A stretch of DNA of 64,000 bases. It comes from Bixzunavirus cane17 (taxonomy: Duplodnaviria > Heunggongvirae > Uroviricota > Caudoviricetes). Of the stretch, positions 35,801-43,472 are shown one piece after another (position 1 is the first letter of the stretch; each line of letters starts with the position of its first letter). The notes below the pieces were generated by a model. The model was not told where the DNA came from and searched no databases. It was given only the letters and a program-made list of their open reading frames with translations. The translations under genes were made by a program, and so were the position numbers. Location: IMG/VR virus record IMGVR_UViG_2974759174_000001; one strand, written 5' to 3'.

Positions 35801-36537
35801 TGGCCGGTGGGGTGATGCCCGGCCAACCGATGCTGCCCCCGGGCGCTGCCGGTCCGCCTCCGGGTGCTCCCGGCGATCCTGCTGCCGGTGGCCCGCCCCC
35901 GCCCGCCGGTGGTCCGATGGGCGGTCCTCCGGTGGCCCCGGCGCCTGGCGTCGCCGGGCCGGGCAACGCCCCGGCGAGCTTCTACGCGGCCAGCCTGCGC
36001 ACGGCGGACGCCATCAACGGCCCGACCGGCACCGGCCCGTCGGCAGACGGCCCGCTGGGTCCGACCGGCCCCGAGTTGCCGCCCGGTGTGCCCGAGCCGA
36101 CTGAGGTCCCGCGTAACCGTCAGCGTCCGGCGGAGTCCGACGACAACCATCCGGGTGGCAACCTCAAGCCCGCCAGCCGGAACCGCAAGCGCACCCGCAA
36201 AGGCCAGGAGGAGCCCCGTCGGCTCACCCGCTGGGAGAAGGGTCCCTCCAGCTACGGCAAGAGCAAGATGGCTTCCGAGGAGCATGTGGTTGCTCAGATC
36301 CGTCGGCGCGAGGTCGTTGCCAACTGGGACTGGTCACAGTTTGGTAACGCTCCCCGCGTTGCTGACTTGGTAGCTGACCCGCACTTTTACCAGGCCACCA
36401 ACATGCAGGCGTATCAGGGACAGTTGCAGGCTGACTGGCCCGAGATCCAGGCCGGTGGCGCCGAGGAGAGCCGCCGGATTCTGGACGATATGCTCAGCCA
36501 GTTTCAAGAGATCTTTGGTGTCGAACCGCAGTGGTAA
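32842..36537 (+). CDS. putative portal (head-tail connector) protein interrupted by an intein; 1231-aa precursor, 874-aa extein; no Walker A motif, so not a terminase
   Basis: intein starts CVVPGTQVLT after EIKFS and ends VSHN followed by T; Pro/Gly-rich C-terminus; the portal call is an inference from size and position. Confidence 0.6.
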   Translation: MSSPIYKAGSNWSAEVNRLRKAGVNMPNSPTMARAQAAALQNTVDNKPLIDYFQGRRRAAEANRQRLASYRKQGNFGSNMQIAMPKIRQPLGTLADKGIPFNVEDEEELRVIRHWCRLFYATHDLVPLLIDIYSKFPVVGMEFDSKDPLIKTFYEDLFFGEDLNYLEFLPDQFAREYFTVGEVTSLAHFNESLGVWSSEEILNPDMLRVSRSMFVQRERVQLMVKDLVDHLRQGPTTAGGNMSTVEETPSEREQRMREFQDLQRRYPEIIQAAMQNDGLDISEALISRVVNRPTAWATRGAPHLLRSFRTLMAEESLNAAQDAVADRLYSPLVLATLGIEDMGDGEPWIPDQGELDEVRDDMQSLLAADFRLMVHNFGLKVENVFGRESVPNLDADYDRIERKLLQAWGIGEALISGGTGGAYASSALNREFVTQIMTGFQNALKRHIRRRCEVVAEAQGHYDYDLKGGVRVPIYREIVEYDEETGQEYIRKVPKLLIPEIKFSCVVPGTQVLTPTGQRSVEDIQPGDEVIAWDGTGYVIDTALHTGIEHRDRLVEVTTATGRTVRCTADHPFWTDRGWVLAENLTTDSLIRTSAGQLAAHIESDDDLDMLRFLGLLVGDGNYSTTHVSLSVSDPEVDAFVCEQAERMGLTARRKADARTDKVWYRTFVRPAPWKGNALRNPLHTLLREQGMWGKNAHTKRVPPMVWAAGAKGRAAFLSGYFDADGYACRTSGLKITSVNRLLLDDCQVLFESLGIRAQVRSYAYRYDGQKNPGVQSVNHLTVSNNHYFQMLRDTLSPVIGSKTAALDDMARPSTRGRKAPRPVEWDQVTSVTHLAEGGDIVTLGITSTHTHVTAGLVSHNTLNLRDEAQERAFIAQLKGMGVPVSDKTLAVNIDMKFDQELERQADETVQKLMATAQAMKKVQDLCDAQNLPYPPELAQHLQSTLALRQGKTQTELGEAQAVAGGAQAELQTKQIEMQEMMMDQQMAGGVMPGQPMLPPGAAGPPPGAPGDPAAGGPPPPAGGPMGGPPVAPAPGVAGPGNAPASFYAASLRTADAINGPTGTGPSADGPLGPTGPELPPGVPEPTEVPRNRQRPAESDDNHPGGNLKPASRNRKRTRKGQEEPRRLTRWEKGPSSYGKSKMASEEHVVAQIRRREVVANWDWSQFGNAPRVADLVADPHFYQATNMQAYQGQLQADWPEIQAGGAEESRRILDDMLSQFQEIFGVEPQW
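34354..35424 (+). mobile_element. intein (357 aa) with LAGLIDADG homing endonuclease domain inside the putative portal gene
   Basis: Cys1 TGC 34354; block B TADHPFWT; LAGLIDADG motifs LRFLGLLVGDGNYS and AAFLSGYFDADGYA; terminal HN 35419-35424, +1 Thr. Confidence 0.75.
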
Positions 36538-36595
36538 TTGTCTTCCTCGTCAATGAAACTTTAGGGTGACCTGGCCAGGGGTGGAGTGCTATTCT

Positions 36596-36605
36596 CAACC
36601 TGTAG
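36596..36605 (+). promoter_or_regulatory. copy 2 of motif tCAACCTGTAG in the low-GC intergenic island
   Basis: identical 10-mer. Confidence 0.35.
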
Positions 36606-36643
36606 TCGAATCAAAGTGATCGACGGTTCGAGGGGTCAGTTCA

Positions 36644-37003
36644 TTGCACGCAGACGTAGACGTCGTGGCCGAATTTGAGATCGGTCTCGAATTGCCAGAC
36701 GGCACACAGATATTTCCACCCGAAACCTTCCGAGGCAGGTCGCTAGCCACTCCTGAAGACCGAAAGGTCATTCATGACTCTTTGCTGGTGGCCATGGATA
36801 ACATGGGTTATCCCCGGTCTCGAGCCCTGGAGGACTACCACTGGGTCCGGCGCGAGACCGAGGTTGTAACCATCAGGCGCTCTATAGCGATCAACCGGTT
36901 GGCGATCGACGACGGGTTCGTCATCTCCAGTCCCGAGAGCGCCGATGCGATCGTTGAAAACGAGACTTCTGGACCGCCGGGTCCGGACGGAGATAGTGGC
37001 TGA
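36644..37003 (+). CDS. hypothetical protein (119 aa) with atypical codon usage (low GC3); possible recently acquired moron
   Basis: TTG start with GAGGGG RBS; many A/T-ending codons, unlike neighbours. Confidence 0.45.
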   Translation: MHADVDVVAEFEIGLELPDGTQIFPPETFRGRSLATPEDRKVIHDSLLVAMDNMGYPRSRALEDYHWVRRETEVVTIRRSIAINRLAIDDGFVISSPESADAIVENETSGPPGPDGDSG

Positions 37004-37073
37004 GACCCTCCTAACCACTCGCTGAGCGGCTCGAATAGATGTCCACTTCTCCATCTATTTGAGAGGACGACCT

Positions 37074-37229
37074 CATGCTCGTTCTTGGCATCATCCTGCT
37101 GCTCCTGGGCTACCTGCTCGGAGTTCACGTCCTGTTCATCATCGGCGCCATCCTTGCGGCTGTCGGCGCCCTGCTGCTGGTTCTCGGCGGTCTGGGACGC
37201 CCGGTCGGCGGTCGCCGGTACTGGTACTA
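37074..37229 (+). CDS. small membrane protein (51 aa, two TM helices)
   Basis: RBS GAGAGGA; MLVLGIILLLLGYLLGVHVLFIIGAILAAVGALLLVLGGL; the track's alternative frame is Cys/Ser-rich off-frame. Confidence 0.45.
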
Positions 37230-37294
37230 ACCACCGGCCCGGGAATAGTTCCTGGGCCCCTTCCACCCACACCAAGTGAAGAAACGGGAGCAAA

Positions 37295-38761
37295 GTGCTC
37301 GATATTCAGTTCACCGATGAGATTGTCGTCGAGGTGCTCGACAGCAACTTCTCCGACAGCCGGGTCTGCGTGGCAGCCCGGACGTCGACAGCAGGTGCTG
37401 GCGCCGATGACAGCGAGCGCTACGGGCTGATCAACGCCCTGATGCGTGACCGTCACGGCACGCCGTTCGAGCACATGAACGCGACCTTCCGGGTGACCGC
37501 GCCGATCTTCGTCTGGCGCGAGCACCACCGGCACAGGTCGGGCTTCTGCGTTGCAGGGTCCACCCGCGTGCCTGTTGGTTCCGGCAAGGACGGCAGGACC
37601 AAGACCATCGAGGACATCTACCGTGACTGGCACCTGGGGGTCCCCGATTCGTTGGGGAGGAACAGGAAGCTGCCAAGCTGTCGCAACCTTGCTACCCGAA
37701 CGGTCAACCTCGACACCGGATTGGTGGAAGCCGCCCGCATGGTCGACGTCTTCCAGTCAGGCGTCAAGCCGATGATCTGGCTGCGGTGGGAGAACGGCAA
37801 GGGGCTCCGGTGTACTCGGGAGCATCGAGTGTGGACTCCCGAGGGTTGGGTCAAAGCGGGCGACCTGCAGGTCGGTGACTTGGTCGGTCGCATCGGTCTG
37901 GTCGCCTACGGCGAGGCTCCCCGCTTCTACTCCAAGAAGCTGCGCGAGGGTATCGGCATCTGGACTTCGCAGCAGCGCGATCTGATCCAGGAGGTGGACA
38001 CCTGTCATCGCTGCGAGGGGGTGTTCTCCAAGAGTGATCTGGAACTCGATCATGTCATTCCGGTCTGTGAAGACCTCAAGCTGGCGCTGGACAGGGATAA
38101 TCTCGCTCCGATCTGTGCTCCCTGCCATGACGTCAAGTCTCGTGAGGAGACGTCACGCAATTACGAGAACCGCCGCCAGCGTGCCAATGGTGTGCGATTC
38201 GAGAAGGTGACGTCCATCGAGGACGGCGGCGAGGAGATGACTTACGACCTGGAGATGCCGGGTCCGTATCACAACTTCATTGCCAATGGTCTGGTTGTTC
38301 ACAACAGCTACAACGAGGAGTCCGGGCGCTACAAGCAGCTCGATCCGGTCTTCTACGTCCCCGGAGAGACCCGACCGATCGCCAAGGTCGAGGGCACCCG
38401 AAACATGGACTACGTCCTGGAGAAGGGCACTGCCGACCAGCACGCCCTGATCGCCAACGCGATGTGGGCCACCTGTTCTGGTGCCTATCGCCAGTACGAG
38501 GCCATGCTCGACGCGGGCATCGTGCGCGAGGTCGCACGCATGGTCCTCCCGGTGAACATCATGAGCACCTGCATCGTGACCTGCAACGCGCGGTCGCTGA
38601 TGCACTTCCTGTCGTTGCGGCAGCGCCACGACGACGCCAAGTTCCCCAGCAAGCCCCAGTACGAGATCAACTTGGTCGCCAATGGGTACGAGCGGCTGCT
38701 GGCCGAAGAAGCACCGTTGGTGCACCGCAGTTATGTCGAAAACGGGCGAGTCGCCCCGTAG
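37295..38761 (+). CDS. thyX: flavin-dependent thymidylate synthase ThyX interrupted by an HNH-type intein (488-aa precursor, 235-aa extein)
   Basis: ThyX signature REHHRHRSGF then intein then SYNEESGRY (RHR-x7-S motif split by the intein). Confidence 0.85.
   Translation: MLDIQFTDEIVVEVLDSNFSDSRVCVAARTSTAGAGADDSERYGLINALMRDRHGTPFEHMNATFRVTAPIFVWREHHRHRSGFCVAGSTRVPVGSGKDGRTKTIEDIYRDWHLGVPDSLGRNRKLPSCRNLATRTVNLDTGLVEAARMVDVFQSGVKPMIWLRWENGKGLRCTREHRVWTPEGWVKAGDLQVGDLVGRIGLVAYGEAPRFYSKKLREGIGIWTSQQRDLIQEVDTCHRCEGVFSKSDLELDHVIPVCEDLKLALDRDNLAPICAPCHDVKSREETSRNYENRRQRANGVRFEKVTSIEDGGEEMTYDLEMPGPYHNFIANGLVVHNSYNEESGRYKQLDPVFYVPGETRPIAKVEGTRNMDYVLEKGTADQHALIANAMWATCSGAYRQYEAMLDAGIVREVARMVLPVNIMSTCIVTCNARSLMHFLSLRQRHDDAKFPSKPQYEINLVANGYERLLAEEAPLVHRSYVENGRVAP
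37547..38305 (+). mobile_element. mini-intein with HNH endonuclease domain (253 aa) inserted in the ThyX active-site motif
   Basis: Cys1 TGC 37547; HNH CHRCEGVFSKSDLELDHVIPV ... CAPCH; ends LVVHN then Ser+1. Confidence 0.8.
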
Positions 38762-38781
38762 CCGCTTTGGAGGACACAGTC

Positions 38782-39030
38782 ATGCCTATCATCCGCAACA
38801 TCAGCTACCACACCATCCAGACTCACCATGCCGACGAAGCCGAGTCCCTGGCGTTCTATCTCAACGAGCACGGAGTTTGTGCTCAAGCCAAGGGTGACGC
38901 CATCGACGTCCCGGTGCCGGACCGAGAGACCTTCGACAAAGTCGAGAAGCTCAAGGAGACCTGGGAGATGTTCTGGGAGACCTCGGACTCGGGTTTGTTC
39001 GGCCTGCCTCTTTATGTAAAGGAGGGCTAG
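38782..39030 (+). CDS. hypothetical protein (82 aa)
   Basis: RBS GGAGGA. Confidence 0.6.
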   Translation: MPIIRNISYHTIQTHHADEAESLAFYLNEHGVCAQAKGDAIDVPVPDRETFDKVEKLKETWEMFWETSDSGLFGLPLYVKEG

Positions 39031-39585
39031 GTGGAGTTCGTTGCCGACGACCGAATCCCGCCGGGCTATCACATCCCATCATCGTGGATGTTGCGTTCTG
39101 CCGACGCCGAACAGGCCAAGCAGACCGGCGGCATGGTCGCGCTCTATCCCTCGACGGAGTCGGCGCAGAAGATCGTGGTGCCCGGCGGGGAACCGATCGA
39201 CGACCTGCACCTGACGGTCACCTACTTCGGGCAGGACGTCACCGGGCAGGACCCGACCGAGCTGGTCGACTTCCTGTACTACCTGGCCCCGCAGTTCCCG
39301 CCGATCGAGGCGAACATCTTCGGCACGGCGGTGTTCAACTCGACCGGCGAGGACCCCTGCATCGTCTACCTGGTCGGCAACTCTCCGCACCTGACGCCGC
39401 TCTTCCAGCAACTCAAGCGGTTCGCGCTGGAACACTACCCCGGCGCTGCCGAGCAGCACGATCCGTGGATTCCGCACATCACTGCGGCCTACGGCTCAGG
39501 GGCGATGATCGACTACGAGGGCCCGGTGGTCTTCGACCGCATCGGCATCCGCTGGCCTGGCGCTGATCAGGACTTCAACCTGTAG
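39031..39585 (+). CDS. 2H-phosphoesterase superfamily protein (LigT-like 2'-5' RNA ligase / cyclic phosphodiesterase), 184 aa
   Basis: two H-x-T/S-x motifs HLTVTY and HITAAY at the expected spacing; RBS AAAGGAGGG. Confidence 0.7.
   Translation: MEFVADDRIPPGYHIPSSWMLRSADAEQAKQTGGMVALYPSTESAQKIVVPGGEPIDDLHLTVTYFGQDVTGQDPTELVDFLYYLAPQFPPIEANIFGTAVFNSTGEDPCIVYLVGNSPHLTPLFQQLKRFALEHYPGAAEQHDPWIPHITAAYGSGAMIDYEGPVVFDRIGIRWPGADQDFNL
39576..39585 (+). promoter_or_regulatory. copy 3 of motif tCAACCTGTAG (overlaps the LigT stop codon)
   Basis: identical 10-mer. Confidence 0.35.
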
Positions 39586-39595
39586 TAGGCCCAAG

Positions 39596-39631
39596 TTCCT
39601 CCTCGAATGGATAGGAGCCTTCGAGGAGGAA
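39596..39631 (+). promoter_or_regulatory. RBS-sequestering hairpin TTCCTCCTCGAA-tggataggagcc-TTCGAGGAGGAA (family B) upstream of ATG 39634
   Basis: 12-bp perfect stem; the 3' arm is the SD. Confidence 0.5.
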
Positions 39632-39633
39632 CA

Positions 39634-42600
39634 ATGGCGACGGTTTACACCGATTACGGTCCGGGCGAGATCATCGCATCGGAGACCGTGCGGGGCCGCA
39701 CTCAGTACCAGGTTCGAGTGGCCGGGTACGGGGAGTTCTGGCTGGACGCGACCAAGGTGGGCAGCGTCCACGAAGCGTGGGCCCCGCTGGACACCGACAA
39801 CTCGGTCAACCTTCCGTACGACCCCTCTCCGCAGTACCCCGCGCTGCCGGGCGACACCGAGAGCACCATTCAGCCGATCCACGAGATCGACGCCGACGAG
39901 CGGCTGTCCCCGGCGGACTCGATCACCTTCGAGGACCGCAGTGACGACGAGTCGATCATCGACGGCCACAGCGACAACTTCGCCAAGAGCGCTGCCTACG
40001 GCGACCCCACCACAAGCGAGCCCGGCTACAGCCACGGCCTGGAATGGGACGCCCCGGAGCGCAGCGAGTACGCGCACCCCGACTTCAAGCACTTTCACGA
40101 CGACCAGTACGAGGAAGAGGACCCGCTTCAGCAGGCCATGGCCGAAGAAGACGGCGCCCCCGACTGGCACCCCAGCGACCAGTACGGCGACCTGAACAAG
40201 CCGTACCCGGCGGACACCTGGCGCGGGTCGCATCCGGACCTGCCCGGCCACATGGCCAGCTCACACGAGGCCGCTGCCTTCCTCATCCCGCTCATGGGCG
40301 CCGGAGCCGGTGCTGCCGCTGGTGGAGCCGGGGCCGGTCTGGGCGGCGCGGTCGCCGGAGGCGTGGCCCGTGGCGTCGGCATGGGCGTGGCTCAGGACAT
40401 GCTCGGTGGTGGCGGCGACGGTCAGCAGGAGCCCGGCATGGTCGACCAGGCGATCGACACCATTCAGCCCGGACCCGGCTGGGGAGAGCTGCAGAAGGGC
40501 GCCGCTCTGGATCGGTGGCTGTCCGGACAGGACCAGGGGACCGGCACTGCTGCTGGACTCGGCGATCGCTACATCGACGTCACCGCTGCCGTCGACCCCA
40601 GCGACCCGATCTCGATGTTCCGGCACGACCCGGTCGCCTACATCAGCCGCACCGGCCACGTCCACGACGAGCCGGTCAGCGAAGAGATGCAGCACTACGG
40701 CCAGCTGGTCGAGGCCAACCCGCAGATCCGCGAGGCCGCGTGGAAGGACGTCCGGGCCAAGGCGATGCGTCTGCGCCGCGAGGGCCGGGTGCATGTCAAG
40801 GACGTCGCGCCGGACCGGATCTACGCCAGTGTCGACGGCGACCACGGCACCTATGAGGTGATGATCGCCAAGGGCGGTGCCTTCGGTGGCCTCGGTGGCG
40901 GTCACGCGATCAGCAACTGGCGTTGCGCGTGCGAGTGGGGCAAGTGGGCCTTCCAGCGCCGGATGACCTACGTCGGTCGTCTGTGCAGCCACGGCTACGC
41001 CGCTTACCTCACCATGCAGTCCGAGCACATGAAGGGCAAGCCGAGCCAGCGTCGTCGCTCGCCGTACCGCAAGCGTGCCGACGCGCTGCAGAACGGCCCG
41101 CAGCGCTTGGTGCCCGAGCTGGCCGTCAACGACCTCGACGACGCGCACACCTTCCTCGACGTCACCGAGGACGAGCGCAAGGAGACCGGGCCGGACGACA
41201 TCGTCAGCGAGAAGGACATCGTCCACTTCTCCCGGCTGATGGCCAAGTGCGACGCCGAACGTCTGCCCTACCCCCGGACCCTGGTGGCCTTCCTGGAGCG
41301 TTACGCCGACGACCAGTCCAAGGAGGACTGGAAGATCGAGGACACCGGCAAGGCGGGACCGGCGCTCGAAGAGCTGCGCGACTGGGCCGACACCTCGCAG
41401 GAGGACTACCTCGGCAACATGGAGGAGCGCGTCGAGGACATCCGCGACGCCGTCGACACCGCGCGCGAGCACGGCGTGGACGCCTCGCAGCTGACCGCCG
41501 GAGTGCACTTCCGCACCGCCGCCCCGAAGCCCGAGGTGACCTCGGATGGTTCGGGCGGCAAGATTCAGCAGACCCGGCAGTTCTCCCGTGACCCGGGAAC
41601 CTCGATCAGCGACTGGCTGGGTGTCGGCGGGACCCCCGGTGCCGCTGGCACCCGGTCCAACGGCGCAGGCCAGTCGATGAACCAGAGCCGTGACTCCGGA
41701 GGAGTTCAGGACACCGATTCCACCCAGGCCAAGTCGAGCGGCGGTGGCTTCGACCCGAACATGAACGACCGCAGCAACCGTCCGGTCTCCGAGGGCGGCG
41801 GTGCCACCAACGGCACTCCGGCAGGATGGTCGGCGGCTGACGCGGCCAGCCCGGGCAGCAACAACGGCCCGCATGGTGCGGCAGGCAGCGCGACCAACCC
41901 GACACCGGGCCAGCCGGGCAACAACACCCCGGCTGTGCCGGGTGCGGCCCCGAAGAACAACCTGGCCGGACCGGCAGGGACCAACACCCCCAGCGCTACC
42001 CCTCCCGGCGGCGGACAGATCGGCCAGGGTGAGTACCAGATCCAGTCCGGCGACACCCTGAGCGACATCGCGCAGCGTGCCGGATACGGCGGCGATTACA
42101 ACTCGCTGGCTCAGCAGAACAACATCGCCGACCCCGACAAGATCTTTGCGGGCGACACGATCAACATCGGCACCCCGGGCGGCGGAGCGACGACACCGGA
42201 CGTCGACCTCTCGGCAGCGACGCCGGGCGGCGGAGCGGATGCCAACAACACCGCCTCGGACTTCGCGGGCACGAGCACCAGCGGCGCGACCGACTCCATG
42301 GGGACGAACAACACCCCGACCGACAACGCGGCGGCGCAGACCACCACCGAGACCAACAAGACAGGCCGTCGTCGGCGCCAGGCGGCGCCGTCGGGCAGCT
42401 CGGCCACTCCGGCTCCGTCCACCACGCCGGATGACGAGGGTCTGGTCGACTCGATGGACAACCCGGCAGCGCCGACCGGAGGCACCCCGGCCAGCAACAC
42501 CGCGCTCAGCTCGCCGAACAACGATCTGGGTGACCCGAGCAGTGCGATCGACACCGGAGCGACCACCGGCGGTACGCCGGACGCCACCGGTGCGGGCACA

Positions 42601-43437
42601 GACGCCTCCACTCCGGGCGGGTTCGACCTGAGCCAGTTCAACGACACCATCAGCGGTGTCGGGGACGCGGTGAACACCGGCGTCGGTATCGCCAGCGACA
42701 TCGCCGGTGGTGTGGGTGACGTGGTCAGCGGCATCGGCTCGATCTTCAGCTCGCGTCAGGACTACGACGACTGGCACCGCTACGCCTACCCCGAGGCGGG
42801 CGACCACAAGCCGTTCGCCGGTTCGGGCCCGCAGGAGCCGCTGAAGTTCACCCCGTCGACCGAGTACGCCGACAAGGCCCGCCGGAAGATGGACGACGTC
42901 ACCGACCTGGACTACGACCACAGCAAGCCGGTCAATCCCCGACAGTCGTCGGCGGGCGGCGGCATCCAGCGCGCCGGACGTGGCGCGCGCCGGACGGTCG
43001 AGCCGGTGGTGGTCCGCGAGCAGCGTCCGGGTGGGCGTGTAGCCGCGCAGCAGCCCCACGTGCCGGACGACTTCGACCCACTGGCCCCGCGCACGGCGGC
43101 GAGCTTCGACGACCCGTACGACGCTCCTGATGTCGATCAGGCCGCAATGCGCATCGCGGCCAACACCGAGGGCGACATCGTCGCGGCCTTCCAGCGCAGC
43201 GCCGGAGCCGAAGCCATCATGTCCAGCTCGGGTGGCGGCGCAGCGAGCCAGTACGACGACTTCTCCTCGTCGCCTGCGGTGATCGCGGCCATGCAGCGCA
43301 CCGCCGGACGGCACTACTCGCCATCGGAGCAGGCCGAGCTGATCCGCGAGGGCGACCGTGGCGGGGCCGGAAACCTCGACGCGCTGGACCTGCGCGGAAC
43401 TCACTACGAGGCAGAGCACAGCGTCGGCCTGTGGTGA
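39634..43437 (+). CDS. giant virion-associated-like protein (1267 aa) with Gly/Ala-rich hydrophobic segment, SWIM zinc finger and LysM peptidoglycan-binding domain; candidate internal/ejection protein
   Basis: SWIM CACEWGKW ... RLCSHGYAA; LysM YQIQSGDTLSDIAQRAGYGGDYNSLAQQNNIADPDKIFAGDTINIG; GAGAGAAAGGAGAGLGGAVAGG. Confidence 0.8.
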   Translation: MATVYTDYGPGEIIASETVRGRTQYQVRVAGYGEFWLDATKVGSVHEAWAPLDTDNSVNLPYDPSPQYPALPGDTESTIQPIHEIDADERLSPADSITFEDRSDDESIIDGHSDNFAKSAAYGDPTTSEPGYSHGLEWDAPERSEYAHPDFKHFHDDQYEEEDPLQQAMAEEDGAPDWHPSDQYGDLNKPYPADTWRGSHPDLPGHMASSHEAAAFLIPLMGAGAGAAAGGAGAGLGGAVAGGVARGVGMGVAQDMLGGGGDGQQEPGMVDQAIDTIQPGPGWGELQKGAALDRWLSGQDQGTGTAAGLGDRYIDVTAAVDPSDPISMFRHDPVAYISRTGHVHDEPVSEEMQHYGQLVEANPQIREAAWKDVRAKAMRLRREGRVHVKDVAPDRIYASVDGDHGTYEVMIAKGGAFGGLGGGHAISNWRCACEWGKWAFQRRMTYVGRLCSHGYAAYLTMQSEHMKGKPSQRRRSPYRKRADALQNGPQRLVPELAVNDLDDAHTFLDVTEDERKETGPDDIVSEKDIVHFSRLMAKCDAERLPYPRTLVAFLERYADDQSKEDWKIEDTGKAGPALEELRDWADTSQEDYLGNMEERVEDIRDAVDTAREHGVDASQLTAGVHFRTAAPKPEVTSDGSGGKIQQTRQFSRDPGTSISDWLGVGGTPGAAGTRSNGAGQSMNQSRDSGGVQDTDSTQAKSSGGGFDPNMNDRSNRPVSEGGGATNGTPAGWSAADAASPGSNNGPHGAAGSATNPTPGQPGNNTPAVPGAAPKNNLAGPAGTNTPSATPPGGGQIGQGEYQIQSGDTLSDIAQRAGYGGDYNSLAQQNNIADPDKIFAGDTINIGTPGGGATTPDVDLSAATPGGGADANNTASDFAGTSTSGATDSMGTNNTPTDNAAAQTTTETNKTGRRRRQAAPSGSSATPAPSTTPDDEGLVDSMDNPAAPTGGTPASNTALSSPNNDLGDPSSAIDTGATTGGTPDATGAGTDASTPGGFDLSQFNDTISGVGDAVNTGVGIASDIAGGVGDVVSGIGSIFSSRQDYDDWHRYAYPEAGDHKPFAGSGPQEPLKFTPSTEYADKARRKMDDVTDLDYDHSKPVNPRQSSAGGGIQRAGRGARRTVEPVVVREQRPGGRVAAQQPHVPDDFDPLAPRTAASFDDPYDAPDVDQAAMRIAANTEGDIVAAFQRSAGAEAIMSSSGGGAASQYDDFSSSPAVIAAMQRTAGRHYSPSEQAELIREGDRGGAGNLDALDLRGTHYEAEHSVGLW

Positions 43438-43472
43438 CCACGACGACCGCCTAGAAGAAGAGAGGAGGTGTC

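Noticed and set aside
32842-36537. Calling the intein-bearing 1231-aa protein a large terminase subunit
   Set aside because: No Walker A or B motifs in the N-terminal region, and the intein is at residue 505 rather than in a P-loop. Portal is the better guess but remains unverified.
40261-43419. 1052-aa minus-strand ORF
   Set aside because: Shadow of the 1267-aa + strand gene, with the same compositional artefact.
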